From: Thermodesulfobacteriota bacterium
GTDB lineage: Bacteria; Desulfobacterota_D; UBA1144; Nemesobacterales; UBA2774
Length of the DNA: 36,542 nucleotides
Reading direction: 5' to 3'
NCBI GenBank assembly: GCA_035455615.1
Contig: DATIET010000249.1
Location: 1-36,542 of the forward strand
Below are positions 5,895 to 16,172 of the stretch, piece after piece; the first letter of the stretch is position 1; every line of letters begins with the position of its first letter. The translations under genes and the position numbers were made by a program. The notes under the pieces are model-generated. The model was not told the origin of the DNA. It made no database searches and worked only from the letters and a program-made list of their open reading frames with translations.

Positions 5895-7526
5895 ATGGGC
5901 GAGTATCTGAAATTCCTGATAATTGCCTTATTCACTATCTTCTCCGCATATAATTCGACGGGCGCGGAACTGACCACCGTTAAAGTAGCGGGGGGTTTCT
6001 CCGAGCCCCTCTACCTGACGTCCCCCGCGGGTGATACGAACCGCCTCTTCATAGTCGAACAGAGCTCGGCGACAATCAAGATAATAAAGAACGGAATCGT
6101 ACTCGCCGCGCCATTTTTAAATATCGACCCCAAGGTCGGAAGCGGCGGCGAAGGCGGCCTCCTCGGACTCGCGTTTCACCCGAATTATGCGTCAAACGGT
6201 TATTTCTACGTCAACTATACGGACAACTCCGGAGACACTGTCATCGCCCGCTACAAGGTTTCCGCAAACCCGGACGTCGCGGACCCGTCGAGCGAGCTGA
6301 TCGTGATGACCGTCGACCAGCCCTTTTCGAACCACAACGGAGGCATGCTCGCGTTCAGTCCGAACGACGACCACCTGTACATCGGCCTCGGGGACGGAGG
6401 GAGTTCTTTTGATCCGGGTAACAGGGCGCAGGACGGCGATACAGAGCTCGGGAAGATGCTGAGAATCGACGTCGGAAACGGAAATACGTTCACAGCCGCC
6501 GCGAACAACCCCTTCGACGACGACCCCGATTTCCTCGACACGATTTGGGCGCTGGGTTTTAGAAATCCGTGGCGGTTCAGCTTCGACAGGTTGAACGGCG
6601 ACCTCTACGTCGGGGACGTAGGACAGGGGGCGAAGGAGGAAATAAGCTTCCAGCCGGGGAACAGTCAGGGCGGGGAGAACTACGGCTGGCGGTGCATGGA
6701 AGGAAAAGACTGTACGGGCCTTTCCGGATGCACTTGCAATTCACCCGCTCTTACCATTCCACTACACGATTACACTCATTCCGGGGGGAATTGCTCCATA
6801 ACCGGAGGATATGTGTACAGGGGAGCGGCGATACCCGACCTGGACGGGACGTATTTCTTCGCCGATTTCTGTACGGGAAAGATATGGTCCTTCGTCAGGA
6901 GCGGCAGCACCGTATCCCAATTCACGGACCGTACTGCTGAGCTCAAGCCGATTACCGGAGAGACCATCAACAATATCTCGTCATTCGGCGAGGACGATAA
7001 GGGGGAGTTGTACATAGTCGACAGGGACGGGGAGATTTTCAAGATCGTGGACAAGAACTCAGTACCTCAACCCACGCCGGTTCCCACGCCCGTTCCCACA
7101 CCGGCGCCGACTCCTATACCTACCGCGCCCCCTTCAGCAAACGCTACCCTTTCCTCATTTAATCCGGGAACAGCCGGCGTCAGGAACTCCCTGACTGTTA
7201 CAGGGGCTCAGCGAGGGTCGATCGTCAGGTTCTACTATTCAAGGACCAACGGGACGACGACTATTTCATCCGGCGTATGCAGAGGGAAAGCCCTTAATAT
7301 GAGGTCGCCGGTCTCTCTCGGTTCCGCCGTCGCGGATTCGACAGGGAAAGCCACCATAAACGTCAGTCTGTCACGGAGTCTGGGCGGAAGGAAGCTTTAC
7401 GTGCAATCGAGAGTTGAGAGCTCGACCGCCTGCAAGATCACGAACCGCGTAACCCAAACAATCAAGCGAAGCTCTGGGGGCTTCGGCGGGGGCGGAGGAG
7501 GGTTCTTTTTCCCGTTTTTCAGATGA
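5895..7526 (+). CDS. secreted PQQ-dependent sugar (glucose/sorbosone) dehydrogenase-like beta-propeller protein with a Pro/Thr linker and a C-terminal beta-domain
   Basis: 543 aa. Signal peptide MGEYLKFLIIALFTIFSAYNSTGA. GSDH-family blocks GLLGLAFHP, SNHNGGMLAFSPND, LYIGLGDGG, GFRNPWRFSFD, GENYGWRCMEG. PT-rich linker PQPTPVPTPVPTPAPTPIPTAPP. Confidence 0.85.
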   Translation: MGEYLKFLIIALFTIFSAYNSTGAELTTVKVAGGFSEPLYLTSPAGDTNRLFIVEQSSATIKIIKNGIVLAAPFLNIDPKVGSGGEGGLLGLAFHPNYASNGYFYVNYTDNSGDTVIARYKVSANPDVADPSSELIVMTVDQPFSNHNGGMLAFSPNDDHLYIGLGDGGSSFDPGNRAQDGDTELGKMLRIDVGNGNTFTAAANNPFDDDPDFLDTIWALGFRNPWRFSFDRLNGDLYVGDVGQGAKEEISFQPGNSQGGENYGWRCMEGKDCTGLSGCTCNSPALTIPLHDYTHSGGNCSITGGYVYRGAAIPDLDGTYFFADFCTGKIWSFVRSGSTVSQFTDRTAELKPITGETINNISSFGEDDKGELYIVDRDGEIFKIVDKNSVPQPTPVPTPVPTPAPTPIPTAPPSANATLSSFNPGTAGVRNSLTVTGAQRGSIVRFYYSRTNGTTTISSGVCRGKALNMRSPVSLGSAVADSTGKATINVSLSRSLGGRKLYVQSRVESSTACKITNRVTQTIKRSSGGFGGGGGGFFFPFFR

Positions 7527-7578
7527 TATGGATCCGCTATAGCCGACCGGATTACGAGTTTCGCGAATTAAATGCTGG

Positions 7579-7640
7579 AAAAAGGCGGGTGCGGGCTGTG
7601 AATCTCTTTCCGTCAGTTTGTTGAAATTAATCCGCCCGCC
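7579..7640 (-). terminator. possible thiC terminator (GC helix with an unusually long loop, then T5)
   Basis: On the minus strand GGCGGGCGG (complement of 7632-7640) pairs with CCGCACCCGCC (complement of 7584-7594): 9 bp plus a 2-nt bulge, followed directly by TTTTT (7579-7583). The loop of about 37 nt is atypical. Confidence 0.3.
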
Positions 7641-7679
7641 TGTCGGGAATCAGGAGTAGCGCCAAACCGAAATTCCGGA

Positions 7680-10761
<3,082 letters not shown>

Positions 10762-10773
10762 GTCTTCCGCAAT

Positions 10774-11076
10774 TCAGTATTCGTAATCGACCACTGCCCT
10801 GTCCGAACGTATCTCGCCCACAAAATCGACGATCTTGAGATGCTCGGGATGGCTCTGATAAGCCTGGAGCCCTTCCCTGTCCTCGAACTCCGAATATAAA
10901 ACGACGTCGAAGGCTGCGGGGGAGACATTAAAATTTATCCCGACCTCAATAGCCGCAATTTCGTCTATGACCCCGTCTAACGCCTCGAGGGATTCCTTCA
11001 GCTTCCTCGCGTTCTCCTCTTTAGAAGCCCCGGCAGCGAAATCCTTGAGCCTCCACATTACTATGTGCTTAATCAT
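10774..11076 (-). CDS. Dabb-family stress-responsive alpha/beta-barrel protein
   Basis: About 100 aa. MIKHIVMWRLKD...LEALDGVIDEI...YQSHPEHLKIV is typical of the Dabb domain. ATG 11076 has GGAGG 7 nt upstream. Confidence 0.8.
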   Translation of the reverse strand: MIKHIVMWRLKDFAAGASKEENARKLKESLEALDGVIDEIAAIEVGINFNVSPAAFDVVLYSEFEDREGLQAYQSHPEHLKIVDFVGEIRSDRAVVDYEY

Positions 11077-11298
11077 AAATGCCTCCGGCATAATTGATAA
11101 GATACCGTCCGACAGCGATCGGCATACTGTCAGTGGCGGTTTTGATTTTCTGTAACGAGCGAATAGAATTATACTACTGAAGATGAGTTTTCTTTACAAA
11201 GGGGAAGAAGGACGACCGCTTAAATCCCGAAGAAATATTACCGCCGGTTAAACTATATCGTAAAATAGCGCCTGGTACGTGTCCGGGGAGAAAATACG

Positions 11299-13365
11299 TT
11301 GGCAGTGACGGAAAGCGAGGAATCAAGAAGGGGGAAGGGGACCGAGGACCTCAACATAATCAAGTGGCTTTACGGCTTCACGGGTCCCCACAGGGCTCTG
11401 ATGACGGCCGCCCTAGCGCTCATGATCCTGACCGCTTTCCTCGAGCTCTCGGTCCCCTACATAACCAAAATCGCCGTAGATAAGTACATCTACCCGGCGT
11501 GGGGTATCGCCCGGTTCAGAGCTAGCGAGAAGGACAGGGAATTCGAGAAATCCGTCAGGGACAGATACCCGGGCCTGGTGATTCCCATGGGAGCTAATTC
11601 CTACCTCATCGACATGTCGGGTATCGACAACGCCGACAGGAACGACCTCGAAAAACTGGGGACCGTGCCGGAAGAGAGATATCTCGTCATAGACCCCGCC
11701 CGTTTCGATAAGGACAAGCTCGCCCGCGCAAATGAAATCATTAAGGAGAACAGCGCTCTCTTTAAACGGGCCGGTGACGTCCACTACATAAGCTACACGT
11801 CTCTCAAGAAGCTCGGCAGGAACGACCTCCTCGTGCTGAGAAGCGAAGATATAAGGGAAGTGATTTTTTTATCGACCGTCGTGTTCGGGTGTCTCACCGG
11901 GATATTTATCCTGAGCTCGCTCTTCACTTACATCCTTAACTATTCGGGACACAGGATAATGCACAGGATGAGGACCGAGGTATTCTCCCACGTACTTAGC
12001 CTTCCGCAGACATTCTTCGACAAGAACCCCGTGGGCAGGCTGACGACCAGGGTGACCAGCGACGTCAACGCGATTAACGAAATGTACACGTCGGTGGCCG
12101 TACAGTTTATTAAAGACGTCCTCGTAGTCGTGGGTGTCTTCATAGTGATGTTCTATATGAACAGGGAGCTCACTCTCTTTGTCGCAGGTTTTACGGTGCT
12201 GATGTTCTTCTTCGCGGGCCTCTTCAGAATGAGGCTCAAGACCGTCTACAGGGACGTAAGGAGGTCGATCGCGAAGCTGAACGCATTCGTCCAGGAGAGC
12301 GTCAGGGGGATCGTGCTGATAAAGCTCTATAACAGGGAAGTGGAAAATTTCGAGAAGTTCAAGGAGACCAACAAGGAAAACTTCAAGGCGAACATGGACC
12401 AGCTGTGGGTGTACGCGACGTTCAGGCCGTTTATCGAATTCATGAGCGTATTCACGGTCGCTTTTATACTCTGGTACGGGGGTCTCAGCGTGCTCAAGCT
12501 CGAACTCACGATCGGTGCCCTGCTCGCATATCTTTACTACGTGAGAATGCTTTTCCGTCCCATCATGGAGCTTGCCGAAAGGTACAACATATTCCAGTCC
12601 GCAGCAGCCGCGAGCGAAAACCTCTACGAGCTCGTAAACGTGAAACCGGAGCAAAAGGAGGGTGAAAGGGAGGTGTCCGTAACAGGCAAGCTCGAATTTA
12701 AGAACGTGTGGTTCTCGTATAACGACAAAGACTGGGTACTCAAGGACGTATCGTTCACGATAGAGCCCGGAGAGACAGTGGCGCTGGTCGGGCTTACGGG
12801 GTCGGGCAAGACGACTATTGTCAATCTGATACTCAGATTCTACGACGCGGAGAGAGGGCAGATTCTCTTCGGCGGCAGGGACATAAGGGAGTTGAGCCCG
12901 GAATTTCTGAGGGGGAGCATCTCGGCGGTATTCCAGGACCTGTTTCTCTACGGGAAGAATATTTCCGATACGGAGCAAGACGAATTCTCGAAGGCGATAA
13001 AGATAGACCGGATAGAGGCGAACGGGAATACTATCTCATCAGGAGAAAAGCAGCTCGTCTCGCTGGGACAGGCATTTTCGAAGAGCTCGAAATTACTGAT
13101 ACTAGACGAAGCGACCTCCAATATCGACGCGCGGATCGAAAGGAATATTCAGAAGGCGCTCGGGAACGAGACCCGCGACCAGACGACGCTGATAATCGCC
13201 CACAGGCTATCTAACGTAAGGCACGCCGACAGGATCATGGTCATACATAAGGGCGAGATCTCGGAGATAGGCACGCATGCGGGCCTGCTCGAGAGAAAAG
13301 GGATATACTATAGCCTCTACAGGCTTCAGAACGAGATACATCGCTTTTCACTGCTGACTGATTGA
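11299..13365 (+). CDS. ABC exporter (fused TMD-NBD, MsbA-like type I fold) with a large TM1-TM2 insertion
   Basis: 688 aa. Walker A GLTGSGKTT, Q-loop VFQD, signature-like ISSGEKQ, Walker B LLILDEATS, H-loop IIAHRL. The TMD has FFDKNPVGRLTTRVTSDV. The start is a non-ATG (TTG 11299) with GGGGAG 8 nt upstream. Confidence 0.85.
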   Translation: MAVTESEESRRGKGTEDLNIIKWLYGFTGPHRALMTAALALMILTAFLELSVPYITKIAVDKYIYPAWGIARFRASEKDREFEKSVRDRYPGLVIPMGANSYLIDMSGIDNADRNDLEKLGTVPEERYLVIDPARFDKDKLARANEIIKENSALFKRAGDVHYISYTSLKKLGRNDLLVLRSEDIREVIFLSTVVFGCLTGIFILSSLFTYILNYSGHRIMHRMRTEVFSHVLSLPQTFFDKNPVGRLTTRVTSDVNAINEMYTSVAVQFIKDVLVVVGVFIVMFYMNRELTLFVAGFTVLMFFFAGLFRMRLKTVYRDVRRSIAKLNAFVQESVRGIVLIKLYNREVENFEKFKETNKENFKANMDQLWVYATFRPFIEFMSVFTVAFILWYGGLSVLKLELTIGALLAYLYYVRMLFRPIMELAERYNIFQSAAAASENLYELVNVKPEQKEGEREVSVTGKLEFKNVWFSYNDKDWVLKDVSFTIEPGETVALVGLTGSGKTTIVNLILRFYDAERGQILFGGRDIRELSPEFLRGSISAVFQDLFLYGKNISDTEQDEFSKAIKIDRIEANGNTISSGEKQLVSLGQAFSKSSKLLILDEATSNIDARIERNIQKALGNETRDQTTLIIAHRLSNVRHADRIMVIHKGEISEIGTHAGLLERKGIYYSLYRLQNEIHRFSLLTD

Positions 13366-13388
13366 TCGTCACAACCCGGATATGCGTA

Positions 13389-14588
13389 ATGGAATTCATA
13401 GCACTTGAAACACAAATAGAAGATGCCGCAGCATATTTAAAGAGAAGAGAAAGCTTTAACGATTCCCGCCTCAAGATAGTGGTGTCCCCTTACCGTATTT
13501 CCCCCTTAGGCGCGCACATCGACCACCAGGGGGGCCCTGTGCTCGGGATGACTATAGACGCCCGGAGCGTGCTTGCGTTCACCCCGATCGACGAAAAAAG
13601 GGTGAGGCTCTACAGTATGAACTACCCGGGGGTGACCGAATTCGACATCGACAGCATAAAATCCCCCGGCAGGGACGACTGGGGCAGATACGCGATGGGG
13701 GCGGCGAAAGCGCTCGGCGGGCACCGCGGGATACTGAGAGGGTTCACGGGCGCTCTCTCGGGCACGCTCCCCTCGGCCGGCTTGAGCTCGTCCGCTTCCT
13801 CAGGGCTCGCATACCTTAAAGCGCTCGCTTACGCGAACGATCTGGAGCTCGGGCCTGAGGAGTATGTCGAGCTCGACAGGAGGATCGAGAACGATTATCT
13901 CAGACTATCAAACGGTATACTCGACCAGTCCTCGATCGTTTACGGCAAAAAAGACAGCCTCTTGTACATAGATACGGTTACCGGGCATACGGCGGCTTAT
14001 CCGAGGCCCAAAAACTGGGAAGACTTTAAAATATTGATCGTATATTCGGGGATACCGCGCGAGCTCACGTCATCGGGGTTCAACACGCGCGTCGAGGAAT
14101 GCAGAAAGGCGGCGGGGCTACTCGGGATAATGGGGGGACTTAGATCGGCGAAGACGCTCTCTTATATTCCCGAAACCGTGTTTCGTGAAAAATCGCCCAA
14201 GCTCCCGGAGGAGCTCAGGAAGAGGGCCGAGCATTTCTTCGCCGAATCGGAGCGCGTGACGATGGGGGTTGCCGCGTGGAACAGGGGCGACGTGAGCGCT
14301 TTCGGGCGTCTGATGAACGAATCCTGCGAGAGCTCGTTCGTAAATTACGAGGTCGGCGGCCCCGAGCTCGAATCGCTCCAGGAGATCATAAGCACGACCG
14401 AGGGTGTTTACGGGAGCAGGTTGAACGGAGGCGGGTACGGCGGGTCCGTTACCGCCTTTGTGAGAAGAGACTTCCCGGATGATTCGGCTGACGGGATCCT
14501 CGAACGATATAAAGAACGGCACCCGGAGACGGGTATGAACGCAGCGGCATATTTCGCCGAATCAGACGACGGTATAAGGCTCATATGA
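13389..14588 (+). CDS. galactokinase-family (GHMP) sugar 1-kinase
   Basis: A GalK-like signature, VVSPYRISPLGAHIDHQGGPVLGM, and a GHMP ATP-binding loop, GTLPSAGLSSSASSGLA. The ORF opens at TTG 13362, overlapping the ABC stop; the first ATG is at 13389. Confidence 0.8.
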   Translation: MEFIALETQIEDAAAYLKRRESFNDSRLKIVVSPYRISPLGAHIDHQGGPVLGMTIDARSVLAFTPIDEKRVRLYSMNYPGVTEFDIDSIKSPGRDDWGRYAMGAAKALGGHRGILRGFTGALSGTLPSAGLSSSASSGLAYLKALAYANDLELGPEEYVELDRRIENDYLRLSNGILDQSSIVYGKKDSLLYIDTVTGHTAAYPRPKNWEDFKILIVYSGIPRELTSSGFNTRVEECRKAAGLLGIMGGLRSAKTLSYIPETVFREKSPKLPEELRKRAEHFFAESERVTMGVAAWNRGDVSAFGRLMNESCESSFVNYEVGGPELESLQEIISTTEGVYGSRLNGGGYGGSVTAFVRRDFPDDSADGILERYKERHPETGMNAAAYFAESDDGIRLI

Positions 14589-15355
14589 ACGCGATCCTGC
14601 TCTGCGCGGGCTTCGCGACGAGAATGTGGCCGCTCACGAAAGATTTGCCGAAAGCCCTCCTCAATGTCGGGGGCAAGCCTGTCATCGACCACCTGATCGC
14701 ACAAATACTCGATTTCAGTGGGCTTGATTCCATCGCAATCGTAACGAACGACCGCTTCTTCGGGCACTTTCTCGAGTGGGGCGAAAAGAACGGCGGGGCG
14801 GTAACGGAGCGGGGGATGAGCCTGCATATACTGAACGACGGAGTAGAACTGGCGGAGAAAAGGCTGGGCGCTGCGGGGGATCTCGGATTCGCGGTGAGCT
14901 GCGTCGCGGAGAGCAAAGGAACGGTCGTCGCGGCGGGCGACAACATCTTCCGCTTCCCGCTCGAGCCCTATTGGGAAAAATTCCTGAGCGGCGATAAGAG
15001 CTGCGTCCTCGCTCTTAAGACCGATGACGTGAAGAAGTTGAGAAAAACGGGGGTGCTCGAACTAGGCGAGGAGGACCGCGTTCTCGCATTCCATGAAAAG
15101 CCCGAGGCGCCGCCGTCAAACCTTGCATGCCCCGCACTTTACTTTCTTAAACCGGGAGCGCTCAATATTATTCATGCATACCTGTCGACGCCCGATGCGC
15201 GGGACGAGATCGGATACTTCATATCGTATCTGGCCAAACATGACGAAATATACGCCATTCGTGCCGAGGGTGAGGCGATAGACATAGGGACAGTCGAATC
15301 CTACGAGAGGGCAAAAAGAATACTATACGGGGAGCCTGTCATATACAAAGCTTGA
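14585..15355 (+). CDS. sugar-1-phosphate nucleotidyltransferase (NTP_transferase fold)
   Basis: The N-terminus MNAILLCAGFATRMWPLTKDLPKALLNVGGKPVIDHLI matches the G-x-G-T-R-x...K-P-x motif of RmlA/GlmU/MurU-type enzymes. Its start overlaps the kinase stop (ATGA at 14585-14588). Confidence 0.8.
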   Translation: MNAILLCAGFATRMWPLTKDLPKALLNVGGKPVIDHLIAQILDFSGLDSIAIVTNDRFFGHFLEWGEKNGGAVTERGMSLHILNDGVELAEKRLGAAGDLGFAVSCVAESKGTVVAAGDNIFRFPLEPYWEKFLSGDKSCVLALKTDDVKKLRKTGVLELGEEDRVLAFHEKPEAPPSNLACPALYFLKPGALNIIHAYLSTPDARDEIGYFISYLAKHDEIYAIRAEGEAIDIGTVESYERAKRILYGEPVIYKA

Positions 15356-15437
15356 CCGCGGCCCTAAGTCTCCTATCCGCATCCCGCAGGATATTGCGAA
15401 ATATTATAGTTATTGGCTTTTGTGAATTTTATAAATG

Positions 15438-15452
15438 TTTAGGTATGCTAAA
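15438..15452. promoter_or_regulatory. palindromic operator copy 1 (TTTAGGTATGCTAAA)
   Basis: Perfect 5-bp arms TTTAG/CTAAA around a 5-nt centre, immediately after a TATAAAT and 16 nt before the MarR-type start codon. It shares the 20-nt word TGTTTAGGTAnnCTAAATnT with copy 2. Confidence 0.6.
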
Positions 15453-15467
15453 TGTAAGGCAGAGTGT

Positions 15468-16085
15468 ATGTCCATTTTCGATCCTGTATACAGGCAGAAT
15501 AATATAGGCGGTCAGATAACGAGAACCCTGTTCCATATCGGACAGGCGGTAAAGAACCTCTTCTGGGATAAAAGCAGGCTCGAGCACCTTACGCCCGCCC
15601 AGGTAAAGTCACTCCTTTTCATCAATTACACCAGAAAAGACGCGATCACGATAGGGAATTTGGCGAGGTACCTGACCTGCACTCCGGCGACTGCGAGCGG
15701 CGTAATCGACTCGCTTGAAAGGAAAAACCTCATATTGAGGTCGCGGGGCCCTGAAGACAGGAGGAGGGTGCACATATCCCTCACGGCGGATGGGGTAAGG
15801 GTTGTCGGGGATATAGAAGATATCGGTTATGAAATCGAAGAAATAGTCAGGGAATTCGATCCCCAGGAACAGAAGATCCTTGAGAAGCTTTTACTCGCCA
15901 TTTCCGACAAACTCATGGAAAAGGGATTGATATTCTCGGGCGATATCTGTACAGAATGCTGTTTCTTCAAAAGAGACAGACACTTAGGAGAGCTTAAACC
16001 CCACTATTGTGAAAACCTTCACATACTCCTGAGCGAAGAAGAAATCTGTAAAGAATGCCCTCACTTCAAAAAAACTCTCAATTGA
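15468..16085 (+). CDS. MarR-family winged-helix regulator with a C-terminal six-cysteine module
   Basis: MarR wHTH: LTPAQVKSLLFI...ITIGNLARYL...ASGVIDSLERKNLILRSRGPEDRRRVHISLTADG. C-terminus: C-x2-C-C-x15-C-x12-C-x2-C. I start at ATG 15468 because ATG 15435 lies inside the operator. Confidence 0.75.
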   Translation: MSIFDPVYRQNNIGGQITRTLFHIGQAVKNLFWDKSRLEHLTPAQVKSLLFINYTRKDAITIGNLARYLTCTPATASGVIDSLERKNLILRSRGPEDRRRVHISLTADGVRVVGDIEDIGYEIEEIVREFDPQEQKILEKLLLAISDKLMEKGLIFSGDICTECCFFKRDRHLGELKPHYCENLHILLSEEEICKECPHFKKTLN

Positions 16086-16109
16086 TATTATAAATTTTTT
16101 TAGTATTAT
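16082..16109 (+). promoter_or_regulatory. putative promoter of the sigma-factor gene (TTGATA-16-TATTAT)
   Basis: -35 at 16082-16087 and -10 at 16104-16109. The predicted +1 falls inside operator copy 2. Confidence 0.4.
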
Positions 16110-16111
16110 TG

Positions 16112-16141
16112 TTTAGGTAGCCTAAATATTAGGTATACTAA
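16112..16141. promoter_or_regulatory. tandem palindromic operator copies 2 and 3
   Basis: TTTAGGTAGCCTAAA (16112-16126) and TTAGGTATACTAA (16129-16141), with centres 16 bp apart, between the MarR stop and the sigma-factor start. Confidence 0.6.
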
Positions 16142-16172
16142 GCATTAAATTCGTACAGGGAATTTAACCGCC

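Noticed and set aside
7470-7526. The C-terminal SSGGFGGGGGGFFFPFFR might be a GlyGly-CTERM or PEP-CTERM-type sorting signal.
   Set aside because: After the glycine run there are only ~7 residues, too short for the transmembrane helix plus basic cluster those signals need, and there is no PEP motif. I kept it only as an unexplained tail.
11105-11150. A plus-strand interrupted hairpin (CCG..GACAG / CTGTC..CGG) followed by TTTTGATTTT, resembling an intrinsic terminator.
   Set aside because: No plus-strand gene ends nearby: tsaD stops at 10761, with the minus-strand Dabb gene in between. The stem is weak (5+3 bp with an internal loop). It sits in the Dabb leader in the non-terminator orientation. 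Function unassigned.
11869-12978. A 369-aa ORF antisense to the ABC exporter. Similar cases are 8490-9323, 8659-9147 and 8758-9321 within thiC, 4599-5198 within acuI, and 35564-36193 within tkt.
   Set aside because: Same reasoning as above: the opposite or alternative frame holds a well-supported gene, and these products are Arg/His/Pro-rich with no domain signatures.
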